In this document: positions 31,885 to 42,237 of the stretch, in pieces
Layout of the letters: every line of letters starts with the position of its first letter
Position numbering within the stretch: the stretch's first letter is position 1
Source of the DNA: Campylobacterota bacterium
GTDB lineage: Bacteria > Campylobacterota > Campylobacteria > Campylobacterales > Arcobacteraceae
Length of the DNA stretch: 64,000 nucleotides
Direction of reading: 5' to 3'
NCBI GenBank assembly: GCA_051746405.1
Contig: JBNJFB010000005.1
Coordinates: 9,914 to 73,913, forward strand
Program-made: the position numbers and the translations under genes
Notes under the pieces: generated by a model
The model's database searches: none
What the model was told of the DNA's origin: nothing
Seen by the model: the letters and a program-made list of their open reading frames with translations, nothing else

Positions 31885-31908
31885 TTGTTATCCTTGATTT
31901 AATTGATT

Positions 31909-33552
31909 TTAAAACTTATACATTTTTTCATAATATTTATGTGCCATTGACCCTGAATCAAACTCATGTAAAACACTATTCATGGAGTTTTCCATAATTC
32001 TAGCCCACTTTTTAGTATCTTCGTAATATATTGGTATTATCTCATTTTCTAGTCTATCCATCATCGATTTATTATCATTTTTATCTTGCATTTCTATACT
32101 TAAGCTTGCATCTGCATTTAAAATAGTAAAACTATTTTCACCATCATTACAAAATTCTGGATGCCAGCCATCTGCTATTGAGTAGTTAATAGCACCATTC
32201 ATAGAAGCACTCATACCACTTGTTCCACTAGCTTCTCTAGTAATTCGTGGAGTATTAAGCCATATATCTGCACCCTGTTTTAGTAATCTTGACAATTGAA
32301 GTTCATACTCTATTAATACTGCTGTATTACTATACTGTTTTGTCAAATAGATAAGTTCATTAAATAGATTTATAGAGTTTGTATCAAAAGGATAAGGTTT
32401 ACCAGCCCAAATAACTTGAATTGGTTGTTCCTTTCTAGTAATTAGATTTACAAATCTATCAAAGTCATATTTTAAAAGTCCTGGTCTTTTATACTCAGCA
32501 AATCTTCTTGCCCATACAATAGTAAGTACATCTGGGTCAAACATTTTACCTGTTTGATTTGCAACCTCATCAAAAAGTTTTCTTTTTAGATGTTTTTTTC
32601 TAGCAATTAATTCATAATCTTCATGTTCATCAAGGGCTCTAAGCATTGGTTTATCAGCCCAATATCTCTTATTTTGTGCATTGGTAATATCAATAATATC
32701 ACAAATACCATCATAACCTTTCCACATATCATTTGCCACATCTGCATGCATTCTAGATACGCCATTAGCAATTTTTGCTACACGTAATGCAGAGACTGTA
32801 AGATTAAAATCATCATGCTTTTCATAATGAACTATTTGCTTAACCTCATCTAAAGAAATATTACTAAAAAAACCCATTTTATTTAAAAGATTTATATTAT
32901 GTACTTCATTCCCAGCAGCTTCAGGGGTATGAGTAGTGAATCTAACCTTTTGCCTTAATAACTCCATATCTTTAATATTTTTATATAGTTCAAATACTAA
33001 TGGTAAAGCATGTCCCTCATTCATATGATAAATATCAACTTTATGATTTAAAGCCTCAAGTACTTTAACTCCACCAATACCTAAAACAATCTCCTGAGCA
33101 ATTCTTGTCTCTTCATGTGCGTCATAAAGCTTATGTGTAATAGTTCTAGAAAGGTAATCATTCTCTTCTATATCTGTTGTAAGAAGTATTAAAGGAGCTG
33201 AACTAAATAGATGTGAAGGAACAATTTGTGCTTTTACAATGACAGGTTTATCATTTATCATAACAGTTACTTTTATATCTAAATCCTCTAAAAAGTAATA
33301 GTGTTTTCTTCTAAACTCAATTTTTAAGTTTCTATCTTCATCCCTTGCTTGGTCATAATAACCATAACTCCATAATAAACCAATACCAACAACATTCTGT
33401 TTTAAGTCATAAGCACTTCTCATATGAGACCCAGCTAAAAACCCAAGACCACCTGAATATATTTTAAGTGCTTGGTGTACTGCAAACTCCATTGAGAAGT
33501 AGGCTACTGCTTTACTATACTTTTTACTAAATTCATATTGTTCTATTTGCAT
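31909..33552 (-). CDS. glgP: Alpha-glucan (glycogen/maltodextrin) phosphorylase, short form
   Basis: YFSMEF, YSGGLGFLAG, HMNEGH, ARRFAEYKR and EASGTSGMSA. Confidence 0.9.
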   Translation of the reverse strand: MQIEQYEFSKKYSKAVAYFSMEFAVHQALKIYSGGLGFLAGSHMRSAYDLKQNVVGIGLLWSYGYYDQARDEDRNLKIEFRRKHYYFLEDLDIKVTVMINDKPVIVKAQIVPSHLFSSAPLILLTTDIEENDYLSRTITHKLYDAHEETRIAQEIVLGIGGVKVLEALNHKVDIYHMNEGHALPLVFELYKNIKDMELLRQKVRFTTHTPEAAGNEVHNINLLNKMGFFSNISLDEVKQIVHYEKHDDFNLTVSALRVAKIANGVSRMHADVANDMWKGYDGICDIIDITNAQNKRYWADKPMLRALDEHEDYELIARKKHLKRKLFDEVANQTGKMFDPDVLTIVWARRFAEYKRPGLLKYDFDRFVNLITRKEQPIQVIWAGKPYPFDTNSINLFNELIYLTKQYSNTAVLIEYELQLSRLLKQGADIWLNTPRITREASGTSGMSASMNGAINYSIADGWHPEFCNDGENSFTILNADASLSIEMQDKNDNKSMMDRLENEIIPIYYEDTKKWARIMENSMNSVLHEFDSGSMAHKYYEKMYKF

Positions 33553-33579
33553 ATGTCTCCTTTACTGTTTTAGAAAATA

Positions 33580-33612
33580 ATTATATATAAATCACATCAC
33601 TATTTGGTTACA
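33580..33612 (-). promoter_or_regulatory. Shared box plus -10 for glgP-gap-pgi-pfkA-hoxW-SLC13
   Basis: TGTAACCAAATAGTGAT-N10-TATAAT on the minus strand. Confidence 0.75.
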
Positions 33613-33622
33613 GACTATTATC

Positions 33623-34900
33623 TTACTTCCAATAATATTGAACAGCACCCTCTAGTTGTGCTTCTATTTCAAGAAGTCTATTATATTTCTCTATTCTCTC
33701 ACCTCTACTAGATGAACCTGTTTTTATATGTCCTGCATCAAATGCAACTGCAAAATCAGCTATAAACGTATCCCCTGTTTCTCCTGACCTATGTGATATA
33801 AATGTTCTAAATCCATTCTCTTTACACATCTTTATTGCATCTATTGATTCACTAACAGTTCCAATCTGATTTAACTTAATTAAAACAGAGTTCGCACTTT
33901 TAAGTTCAATGCCTTTTTTTATATATTTTGTATTTGTTACAAAAAGATCATCTCCTACAACTTCAATATCATTACCTAGCTTTTGAGTAAATCTTGCAAA
34001 ACCATCCCAGTCATTTTCTCCAAGTGGATCTTCCCAAGATATTATTGGATATTTTTTGCACCAACTTTGTGCCATTTCTATCATTTCATCACTTGTTTTT
34101 ATTCCACTATTTGACCACTTTAAATTATATTGATTATGGCTATTTTCAACTAAAAATTCACTAGCTGCACTATCTATTGCTATACTTATTTGCTCACCTG
34201 GTTTATACCCTGCATTTTTTATAGCTTCTACAATAAGCTCCATTGCTTCTTCGTTAGAATCAAGATTTGGAGCAAAACCACCCTCATCACCTACACTAGT
34301 AGCTTTTTTTTGAGTTTTTAAAAGTTTTTTAAGCTCATGAAATGTTTCAGTAGCATACTGAAGACCTTCTTTAAATGAAGGTGCACCATGGGGTACAACC
34401 ATAAACTCTTGAATATCTACACTATTATCTGCATGACTTCCCCCATTTAAAATATTCATACAAGGTACAGGTATTCTTCTAACATTACTTCCACCAAGAT
34501 ATCTATAAAGTGGCATATCACTATATATAGCTGCTGCTTTTGCCACTGCCATAGAAACCCCTAAAATTGCATTTGCTCCAAGATTTTCTTTTGTTGCAGT
34601 ACCATCTAAATCTATCATAGTTTGATCTATCATAGTTTGATTCATACAACTCATCCCTTTTATCTTATTTGCAATAATATTTTTTACATTATCAACAGCT
34701 TTTAATACCCCTTTACCACCATATCTATTTTTGTCATTATCTCTTAGTTCAACCGCTTCATTTACTCCTGTACTAGCACCACTTGGTACAGAAGCTGATG
34801 CTATAATTCCACAAGCTAGTTTTACATAAACTCTAATAGTAGGATTTCCTCTACTATCTAAAATTTCTAACGCATTTATATCTTGTATAGTTCCACTCAT
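33623..34900 (-). CDS. eno: Enolase
   Basis: DSRGNPT, VPSGAS, VGDEGG and SHRSGET. Confidence 0.96.
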   Translation of the reverse strand: MSGTIQDINALEILDSRGNPTIRVYVKLACGIIASASVPSGASTGVNEAVELRDNDKNRYGGKGVLKAVDNVKNIIANKIKGMSCMNQTMIDQTMIDLDGTATKENLGANAILGVSMAVAKAAAIYSDMPLYRYLGGSNVRRIPVPCMNILNGGSHADNSVDIQEFMVVPHGAPSFKEGLQYATETFHELKKLLKTQKKATSVGDEGGFAPNLDSNEEAMELIVEAIKNAGYKPGEQISIAIDSAASEFLVENSHNQYNLKWSNSGIKTSDEMIEMAQSWCKKYPIISWEDPLGENDWDGFARFTQKLGNDIEVVGDDLFVTNTKYIKKGIELKSANSVLIKLNQIGTVSESIDAIKMCKENGFRTFISHRSGETGDTFIADFAVAFDAGHIKTGSSSRGERIEKYNRLLEIEAQLEGAVQYYWK

Positions 34901-34922
34901 TAATCTACCCTCTTATTTTATT

Positions 34923-35990
34923 TTATAATCTATTTAAACAATTTAAATCTTCAAATGTTTTCATTGCTCTTTTTACCATACTATCTTGTCCCGCTCTCAA
35001 CCACTTCCTTGGGTCATAATACTTCTTATTTGGACTACTTTCTCCTGATGGATTTCCAATTTGAGACTGTAAGTATTGATGATTTATTTTTTCATACTCT
35101 CTTATGCCATCCCAAAATGCCCATTGCATATCTGTATCAATATTCATTTTAACTACCCCAAAACTAATAGCATCTTTTATATCTGATACTGAACTTCCAC
35201 TACCACCATGAAAGACAAAATTCACAGGTTTTGTTTCAGTTTTTAAAGTATCTTTTATATATTTTTGTGAATTGTCTAATATTTGAGGTTTTAAAGTCAC
35301 ATTACCTGGTTTATATACTCCATGTACATTTCCAAAGCTAGCTGCAATAGTAAAATTTGGAGATATTTTTGATAACTTATCATAGGCATAACAAACTTCA
35401 CTTGGTTGTGTATAAAGTGAAGTTACATCAGCATCACTATTATCAACTCCATCCTCTTCTCCACCTGTAATACCAAGTTCAATCTCTAAGGTCATACCAA
35501 TTTTTGACATTTGTTTTAAATACTTCGATGAGATTTCAATATTTTCTTCTAAAGTCTCCTGACTTAAATCTAACATATGAGATGAGAAAAGGGGTTTTCC
35601 TGTTTTAGAAAAATGCTCTTCACTAGCTTCTAATAACTTATCTATCCATGGTAAAAGCTTTTTTGAAGCATGGTCTGTATGGAGTATTACAGGAATACCA
35701 TAATTTTTTGATACTTCATGAACATGTTTAGCACCTGCAATTGCACCAATTACATCTGCATTTTCATTATTAATATTTCCTGCATTAAACTTAGCTCCAC
35801 CATTACTAAACTGTATAATAACAGGTGAGTTGACTTTTGAGGCTACTTCTAAAGCTGCATTTATTGATTCACTACCAATTACATTTATTGCAGGTATTGC
35901 AAAGTTGTTATTTTTTGCATAATCAAATACCCTTTTCACATCACTGCCTGTTATAACTCCAGTATCTACAATATTTAATAAACCCATCAT
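34923..35990 (-). CDS. fbaA: Fructose-bisphosphate aldolase class II
   Basis: HTDH, SSHMLDLS, GNVHGVY, VFHGGSG and KMNIDTD. Confidence 0.95.
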   Translation of the reverse strand: MMGLLNIVDTGVITGSDVKRVFDYAKNNNFAIPAINVIGSESINAALEVASKVNSPVIIQFSNGGAKFNAGNINNENADVIGAIAGAKHVHEVSKNYGIPVILHTDHASKKLLPWIDKLLEASEEHFSKTGKPLFSSHMLDLSQETLEENIEISSKYLKQMSKIGMTLEIELGITGGEEDGVDNSDADVTSLYTQPSEVCYAYDKLSKISPNFTIAASFGNVHGVYKPGNVTLKPQILDNSQKYIKDTLKTETKPVNFVFHGGSGSSVSDIKDAISFGVVKMNIDTDMQWAFWDGIREYEKINHQYLQSQIGNPSGESSPNKKYYDPRKWLRAGQDSMVKRAMKTFEDLNCLNRL

Positions 35991-36016
35991 TTTTCCTCTT
36001 ATGTATTATTTTTTAC

Positions 36017-36049
36017 ATTGTAAATAATAAAAGATACAGTTTGATTACA
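36017..36049 (-). promoter_or_regulatory. Shared box plus -10 for fbaA-eno
   Basis: TGTAATCAAACTGTATC-N10-TACAAT on the minus strand. Confidence 0.75.
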
Positions 36050-36087
36050 ATCAAATTCAAAAAGTTATAATAATTAAAAAAAAGCAA

Positions 36088-36120
36088 AGTAACCATTATG
36101 TTACTATGAGTATATATAAT
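36088..36120 (+). promoter_or_regulatory. Shared box plus -10 for hoxEFUYH
   Basis: AGTAACCATTATGTTAC-N10-TATAAT. Confidence 0.7.
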
Positions 36121-36151
36121 TTAGTATATAAATAATAAAATGGAGTAGCCA

Positions 36152-36625
36152 ATGAATGCACAAGCAAATAATAGGTATAAATTAGTTGAAAAAACTATGA
36201 AGAGGTTAGGCTTTGAAAAAAGTTCATTGATAGAGACTCTTCATACGGCTCAAGAAACATTTGGTTATCTTGAAAATGAAACACTTAAATACATAGCTAA
36301 AAGACTAAAAATCCCCTACTCAAAAGTTTATGGAGTAGCTACTTTTTATCACTTCTTTAGACTAAAACCAAAAGGTAAGCATACAGCTGTTGTATGTACA
36401 GGAACAGCTTGCTATATAAAGGGTGCTGATAAAATTCTAAAAGATTTAGAAGATAGATTTGGAATAAAAGCTGGGGAAACAACAAAAGACTCTCTCATTT
36501 CAGTTTTAACTGCACGTTGTGTTGGTTCATGTTCTATTGCACCTATAGTTATTTATGATAATAAATCAGAAGGTAATCTTACTTTAGAAGATGCTAAGAA
36601 AAATGTTGAGGAACTAATATGTTAA
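36152..36625 (+). CDS. hoxE: Bidirectional hydrogenase subunit HoxE ([2Fe-2S], NuoE-like)
   Basis: LIETLHTAQETFGYL, VYGVATFYHFF, CTGTAC and CVGSC. Confidence 0.9.
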   Translation: MNAQANNRYKLVEKTMKRLGFEKSSLIETLHTAQETFGYLENETLKYIAKRLKIPYSKVYGVATFYHFFRLKPKGKHTAVVCTGTACYIKGADKILKDLEDRFGIKAGETTKDSLISVLTARCVGSCSIAPIVIYDNKSEGNLTLEDAKKNVEELIC

Positions 36626-38238
36626 ATTGTGTTGAAGATTTAGAAAATATAGCCATCAAAAAAAAATCTAGTCAAAAAAGTTGTAAAAATGAACTTCGTA
36701 TTTGTACAGGAAGCTCATGTGCTGCTTTGGGTGCAAAAGATTTACAAAAGAGTTTATCTAAAAAAATAAAACAGAATAAAACAAATAAAGAAACAAAAGC
36801 AAAAGCTGTAGGTTGTAATGGCTTATGTTCAGCAGCTATTATGGTATCTTCTTTTAATAAAGAGAATAATAATGAAGTTATATATGGTGGTATTCAATTA
36901 GAAGATGAGCATAAGCTTCTAGATTTAATTGAAAATAAAAAAAGCTTAGAGGATAAACTTTTAGATACAAATACTCCATTTTTTTTAAAACAAAAGAAAA
37001 TAGTACTTGAAAACGCAGGTATTATAGACCCTGATGATATTGAAGATTATATTATGAATGATGGATATAAAGCTTTATTTACTGCTCTTGAAGATATGAC
37101 ACCAACAGAAGTAATTGATGAAGTTAAAATTTCTGGACTTCGTGGTCGTGGTGGAGGAGGATATCCAGCAGGTTTAAAATGGGAAACAGTATCAAAAGTA
37201 GAAGCAAACCAAAAGTATATCATTTGTAATGGAGATGAGGGAGACCCTGGTGCTTTTATGGATAGAGCAGTAATGGAAGCAGACCCCCACAAAGTACTTG
37301 AGGGTATTATTCTTGCAGGTTTTGCTTGTGGTGCATCAAAAGGATATATTTACGTTAGAGCTGAATACCCAATAGCAGTTGAAAAACTAACAAAAGCTAT
37401 TAAACAAGCAAAAATGAAAGGTATCCTTGGAAATAATATTGCAAATAGTAGCTTTAGTTTTGATATGGAAATACGACTAGGTGGTGGAGCGTTTGTATGT
37501 GGAGAGGCAACTGCATTAGTATCTTCTATTGAAGGTAATAGAGGAAATCCAAGACAAAAACCACCACATTTAAGTGATTTTGGACTTTATAAAGACCCTA
37601 CTATATTAAACAATGTGGAAACATTTGCAAATATAGCTACTATTATACGAAATGGTGGAGCGTGGTACAAGAATATAGGAACAGAAAAATCAAGTGGAAC
37701 AAAAGTTTTTGCCCTAACAGGTCATATAAAAAATACAGGTCTTGTTGAAGTCCCAATGGGTATTACACTTCGAGAACTTATTTATGATATAGGTGGTGGT
37801 ATTCCTAATGGTGGGAAACTAAAAGCTATACAAACAGGAGGTCCAAGTGGTGGTTGTATACCTGAAGACCTCTTAGATATTACAGTTGATTATGATAGTT
37901 TAAAAGAGGTTGGTTCTATAATGGGTAGTGGAGGACTAATTGTTATTGATGAAAGTTCAAATATGGTTGAGGTTGCAAGATTTTTTATGGATTTCTCAAA
38001 AAGTGAAAGTTGTGGAAAGTGTGTGCCCTGTAGAGTTGGAACAAGCCAATTAGCAGACTTACTAGATAAGTTTATAAAAAAAGAGGCAAAACAGAGTGAT
38101 TTTTATCTTTTAAAGAGTCTGTGTGATGTTGTAATTGACTCTAGTCTTTGTGGACTTGGTCAAGCAGCACCAAACCCTATAAAAAGTACGATAAAATATT
38201 TTGAAGCTGAATATCTTGAAGGAATAGCCAATGATTAA
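36619..38238 (+). CDS. hoxF: Bidirectional hydrogenase diaphorase subunit HoxF (NuoF-like)
   Basis: N-terminal thioredoxin-like 2Fe-2S cysteines, GLRGRGGGG, NGDEGDPGAFMDR, GAFVCGE and ESCGKCVPCR. Confidence 0.92.
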   Translation: MLNCVEDLENIAIKKKSSQKSCKNELRICTGSSCAALGAKDLQKSLSKKIKQNKTNKETKAKAVGCNGLCSAAIMVSSFNKENNNEVIYGGIQLEDEHKLLDLIENKKSLEDKLLDTNTPFFLKQKKIVLENAGIIDPDDIEDYIMNDGYKALFTALEDMTPTEVIDEVKISGLRGRGGGGYPAGLKWETVSKVEANQKYIICNGDEGDPGAFMDRAVMEADPHKVLEGIILAGFACGASKGYIYVRAEYPIAVEKLTKAIKQAKMKGILGNNIANSSFSFDMEIRLGGGAFVCGEATALVSSIEGNRGNPRQKPPHLSDFGLYKDPTILNNVETFANIATIIRNGGAWYKNIGTEKSSGTKVFALTGHIKNTGLVEVPMGITLRELIYDIGGGIPNGGKLKAIQTGGPSGGCIPEDLLDITVDYDSLKEVGSIMGSGGLIVIDESSNMVEVARFFMDFSKSESCGKCVPCRVGTSQLADLLDKFIKKEAKQSDFYLLKSLCDVVIDSSLCGLGQAAPNPIKSTIKYFEAEYLEGIAND

Positions 38239-38950
38239 GCAAAAAGTCAGAGTAAAAACATTTAAAATTGATGATATAGATGTTACAGGAAGATCAGATA
38301 GTTCAATACTAGAAGTTGCAAATGAACACAACATAAATATACCAACTCTATGTTATATGGAAGGGTTAAGCTGTGTGGGAGCATGTAGAATGTGTCTTGT
38401 AGAGGTTCGTGGTAGTTCTAAACTTATTCCTGCATGCACAGCAAAAATAAAAGAAGGTATGCAGGTTATTACAAATTCAACCAAAGTAGAATCCCACAGA
38501 AAAATGGTACTTTCAATGATATTTGCTGAACGAACTCATACATGTAGTGTATGTGTATCAAATGGTCATTGCGAATTACAAAATCAAGCAATAGAGCAAA
38601 ACCTTGAACATAGTTTAGTTCCATATATCCATAAAAGTTTTGAAATGGATGCTTCCCATAAATTTTTCAACTATGACCCAAACAGATGTATACTTTGTAC
38701 TAGATGTGTAAGAGTTTGTGATGAAGTTGAAGGGGCTCATGCTTTAGATATTATGGGTCGTGGAATAAATGCAAAAATCATACATGATATGGATGAACCA
38801 TGGAGTGAATCAACCAGCTGTACTAGCTGTGGAAAATGTGTGCAGGTGTGTCCAACAGGTGCATTATTTGAAAAAGGTGTAAGTGCAACAGAAATGATAA
38901 AGAAAAAAGATATAGTAACAAACCTCATTAAAATAAGGGCAAATAGATGA
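38231..38950 (+). CDS. hoxU: Bidirectional hydrogenase Fe-S subunit HoxU
   Basis: IPTLC...GACRMC, HTCSVC...C, CILCTRCVRVC and CTSCGKCVQVCP. Confidence 0.92.
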   Translation: MIKQKVRVKTFKIDDIDVTGRSDSSILEVANEHNINIPTLCYMEGLSCVGACRMCLVEVRGSSKLIPACTAKIKEGMQVITNSTKVESHRKMVLSMIFAERTHTCSVCVSNGHCELQNQAIEQNLEHSLVPYIHKSFEMDASHKFFNYDPNRCILCTRCVRVCDEVEGAHALDIMGRGINAKIIHDMDEPWSESTSCTSCGKCVQVCPTGALFEKGVSATEMIKKKDIVTNLIKIRANR

Positions 38951-39486
38951 AAAAAATAAGAGTTGGTACAGTTTGGTTAGATGGTTGTTCAGGATGTCAT
39001 ATGTCTTTTTTAGATATGGATGAGAGAATTATTGAGCTATCAGAGTATATGGATGTTGTATATAGTCCCTATGTAGATACAAAAGAGATTCCATGTGATG
39101 TGGATCTATTTATAGTAGAAGGAGCTTTAAGTACCGACCATGATATTAAAATAATTAAAGAAATAAGAAAAAACTCTAAAAATATTTTAGCCTTAGGAGA
39201 CTGTGCGGTAACTGGAAATATCTCAGCTATGAAAAATCTTTTCGGAACAGAAGCTGTTTTACAAAAAGGGTATTTTGATTTAGCTGATTACAATGAGAGT
39301 GGAAAATATCCATCACAAGTAGTACCAAAACTATTAGATAAAGTAATTCCACTAAATGAAGCAATAGATGTGGATTTTTTTGTGCCAGGATGTCCTACAC
39401 CTGCAGATGCAATTTATGAAGTTATTAAAGCAATTATAAAAAACAAAGAGATAAAAATAAGTGAATATACAAGGTTTGGAAAGTAA
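38947..39486 (+). CDS. hoxY: [NiFe]-hydrogenase small subunit HoxY
   Basis: WLDGCSGCHMS, GDCA and PGCPT; short single-cluster small subunit. Confidence 0.92.
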   Translation: MKKIRVGTVWLDGCSGCHMSFLDMDERIIELSEYMDVVYSPYVDTKEIPCDVDLFIVEGALSTDHDIKIIKEIRKNSKNILALGDCAVTGNISAMKNLFGTEAVLQKGYFDLADYNESGKYPSQVVPKLLDKVIPLNEAIDVDFFVPGCPTPADAIYEVIKAIIKNKEIKISEYTRFGK

Positions 39487-39487
39487 C

Positions 39488-40918
39488 ATGGAAAAGAAAA
39501 AAATAGTAATTAGCCCAGTGACAAGAATAGAAGGACATGCAAAAATCACAATTGATTTAAATAAAAAAGGTAGTGTAGATAATGCAAGAATCCATGTGAC
39601 TCAATTTAGAGGTTTTGAGAAAATTTGTGAGGGAAGACCCTATAGTGAAATGCCCTCACTTACAGCTCGTACATGTGGTATTTGTCCTGTTAGCCATGCC
39701 ATCTCTTCTACAAAAGCATGTGATGAAATACTAGCAGTAAGACCTCCAAAAGCAGGAAGAAATTTGCGTCGTATCATAAATCTAGCTCAAATAATACAAT
39801 CACATGCTTTAAACTTTTATCATCTAAGTGCTCCTGATTTTGTATATGGTTTTGATGCAAAAAAAGATGATAGAAATATCTTTAAAATGATTCAAACAAA
39901 TCCAGATATGGCAAAAGATGGTATAAAATTAAGAGCTTTTGGTCAAAAGATTATTGAAAATCTTGGCGGTAAAAGAATACATCCAACTTGGATTGTACCA
40001 GGTGGAGTAAGTCACCCTATCACAAAAGAACAAAGAGATGATATCCTAAAACAAATTCCTGAAGCTATGGATATAGCTAAACGAACTTTAAAATATTTTG
40101 TAAATAGTCTTCATAAATTCCAAAAAGAGATAGACTCATTTGGAAATTTTCCATCACTATTTATGGGACTTGTGAATAAACATGGGAACTTAGAACACTA
40201 TGATGGCTTATTAAGATTAGTAGATAGTAATGGTAAAATACTTGAAAATGGAATTAATCCTAAGTTTTACAAAGAGTATATTGGTGAAGCAGTTGAAAAT
40301 GACACCTATTTAAAATCTCCATACTACAAACCACTGGGATATCCAAAAGGGATGTATAGAGTTGGTCCCCTTGCACGTTTAAATGTAGCAGAAGCTTGTG
40401 GTACACCTCTTGCAGACCAAGAGTTTGATAGATTTAAAAATATCAACAATGGGAAGCCAGTATTAAACTCATTTTACTACCACTATGCAAGAATTATAGA
40501 GATAATTTATGGTATTGAAAGAATCGAAGAACTTTTAAATGAACCTGAAACATTAGATGAGAATATCAGGTCACATGCTAATATAAATAGAAACAGAGGT
40601 GTTGGATGTAGTGAAGCACCAAGAGGAACACTTTTTCATGACTATGAAGTTTCAAATGATGGTATTATAACCAAACTAAATCTTATAATAGCAACTGGAA
40701 ATAATAACCTTGCTATGAATCAAGGAGTAAAGCAAGTTGCACAAACATTTGTAGATGGAAATAATATTACAGATGGTGCTTTAAATAGAGTAGAAGCAGT
40801 TATCAGATGTTTTGACCCATGTTTAAGTTGTTCTACTCATGCTCTTGGAATTGTTTCATCTAATATAGAAATAAGAGATCACGATAAAAAACTATTAAAT
40901 ACTATAAATAGAAATTAA
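39488..40918 (+). CDS. hoxH: [NiFe]-hydrogenase large subunit HoxH, group 3d (start placed at ATG 39488)
   Basis: TRIEGH, L1 motif ARTCGICPVSH, EAPRGTL, L2 motif FDPCLSCSTH and a cleavable C-terminal tail. Confidence 0.93.
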   Translation: MEKKKIVISPVTRIEGHAKITIDLNKKGSVDNARIHVTQFRGFEKICEGRPYSEMPSLTARTCGICPVSHAISSTKACDEILAVRPPKAGRNLRRIINLAQIIQSHALNFYHLSAPDFVYGFDAKKDDRNIFKMIQTNPDMAKDGIKLRAFGQKIIENLGGKRIHPTWIVPGGVSHPITKEQRDDILKQIPEAMDIAKRTLKYFVNSLHKFQKEIDSFGNFPSLFMGLVNKHGNLEHYDGLLRLVDSNGKILENGINPKFYKEYIGEAVENDTYLKSPYYKPLGYPKGMYRVGPLARLNVAEACGTPLADQEFDRFKNINNGKPVLNSFYYHYARIIEIIYGIERIEELLNEPETLDENIRSHANINRNRGVGCSEAPRGTLFHDYEVSNDGIITKLNLIIATGNNNLAMNQGVKQVAQTFVDGNNITDGALNRVEAVIRCFDPCLSCSTHALGIVSSNIEIRDHDKKLLNTINRN

Positions 40919-40946
40919 AAGGGAGTGTTAAAAAACTCCCCCTTTT
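40917..40946. terminator. Bidirectional terminator between hoxH and pgk
   Basis: AAAAGGGAGT-N8-ACTCCCCCTTTT. Confidence 0.65.
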
Positions 40947-40958
40947 AAAGTGAGTTTT

Positions 40959-42161
40959 TTAATCAAGATTTTCAAAACCAGGAAGAAGTTTTCCCTCTAA
41001 TAACTCTAAACTAGCTCCACCACCTGTACTTATGAAACTAATATTCTCTTTCTCTCCTGCTTTGTCTGCAGCATTTGCAGTATCTCCACCCCCAACAATA
41101 CTATATGCATAAGTATCTGCAATAGCATGTGCTATTCTAAATGTCCCTTTTGAATATCTACCTATTTCAAAAATACCCATAGGTCCATTCCATATAATAG
41201 TATTAGACAATCCTATAGCTTCTTCAAAAAGTTTTACAGTAGCAGGTCCGATATCAACAGCCATAAAACCATCTAGCATATCTTGTGATGGCACTACTTT
41301 ATTATCTACTGGATGGTCTATACTATCTGTTATTACCACATCTACAGGTAAATATAGATTTACTTTAGATGCCCGTGCTGTTTGTATTATTTCAGTAGCT
41401 TCTTGTAAATAATCATTTTCTACAAGTGAAGATTTTGTATCATACCCTATTGCTTTAAGAAATGTATTAGACATAGCTCCACCAATTATAAGCTTATCTA
41501 TTTTTGGCATAATATTTTTTAATAGTGTTATTTTTGAAGATACCTTTGCTCCACCTATTACTAAACATATAGGTTCTACTGGCTTAAATAATGCTTTTGC
41601 AAATGCATCTATTTCACGTTTTAGTAAAAACCCTGCAACCTTAGTTTCCACATACTTTGTTATACCAACAGTAGAACTATGGGCTCTATGGCTAGTCCCA
41701 AATGCATCATTTACAAAAATATCACAAAGTGATGCCAACTCTTTTGATAACGTTTCATCATTTTTTGTTTCACCAGAAAAGAATCTAATATTTTCTAATA
41801 TAAAAACTTTTGAATCATTTGCACTATTTAAAACATCTTTATTTTCTATAAAATTATCTATAAGTTCTACTTTTTTATCAAGTAATCGCTCTAATCTTTT
41901 AACTATATGTTTTAAAGAAAATTTATCTTCATATCCATTTTTCGGCTTTCCTAAATGAGTTACTAAAACTATATTTTTGGCTTGATGGTCTATACAATAA
42001 GTTATTGTTCGAAGTGCTTCTTTAATACGATTATCGTCTGTTATGTTATGATGAGAATCCATAGGTACATTAAAATCTACCCGAATAAGTACTCTTTTAT
42101 TTTTTACATCCACATCTTTTAACGACTTAACATTTTGCATTATTTCTATATTTGATAACAT
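40959..42161 (-). CDS. pgk: Phosphoglycerate kinase (start placed at ATG 42161)
   Basis: RVDFNVP, LENIRF, DAFGTSHRAHSS, WNGPMG and STGGGASL; AAGG ribosome-binding site before 42161. Confidence 0.95.
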   Translation of the reverse strand: MLSNIEIMQNVKSLKDVDVKNKRVLIRVDFNVPMDSHHNITDDNRIKEALRTITYCIDHQAKNIVLVTHLGKPKNGYEDKFSLKHIVKRLERLLDKKVELIDNFIENKDVLNSANDSKVFILENIRFFSGETKNDETLSKELASLCDIFVNDAFGTSHRAHSSTVGITKYVETKVAGFLLKREIDAFAKALFKPVEPICLVIGGAKVSSKITLLKNIMPKIDKLIIGGAMSNTFLKAIGYDTKSSLVENDYLQEATEIIQTARASKVNLYLPVDVVITDSIDHPVDNKVVPSQDMLDGFMAVDIGPATVKLFEEAIGLSNTIIWNGPMGIFEIGRYSKGTFRIAHAIADTYAYSIVGGGDTANAADKAGEKENISFISTGGGASLELLEGKLLPGFENLD

Positions 42162-42186
42162 TTTGTACCTTTTTAATAATTTATTA

Positions 42187-42219
42187 ATATTATCAAAAAT
42201 TAAGTACAAAATGATTACA
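42187..42219 (-). promoter_or_regulatory. Shared box plus -10 for pgk
   Basis: TGTAATCATTTTGTACT-N10-TAATAT on the minus strand. Confidence 0.7.
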
Positions 42220-42237
42220 AAATTTTATCAAAAGTAT

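Noticed and set aside
36152..38950. Annotation as complex I nuoEFG or as an [FeFe]-hydrogenase
   Set aside because: HoxU is short with no H-cluster domain and is followed directly by NiFe small and large subunits; no membrane nuo genes are present.
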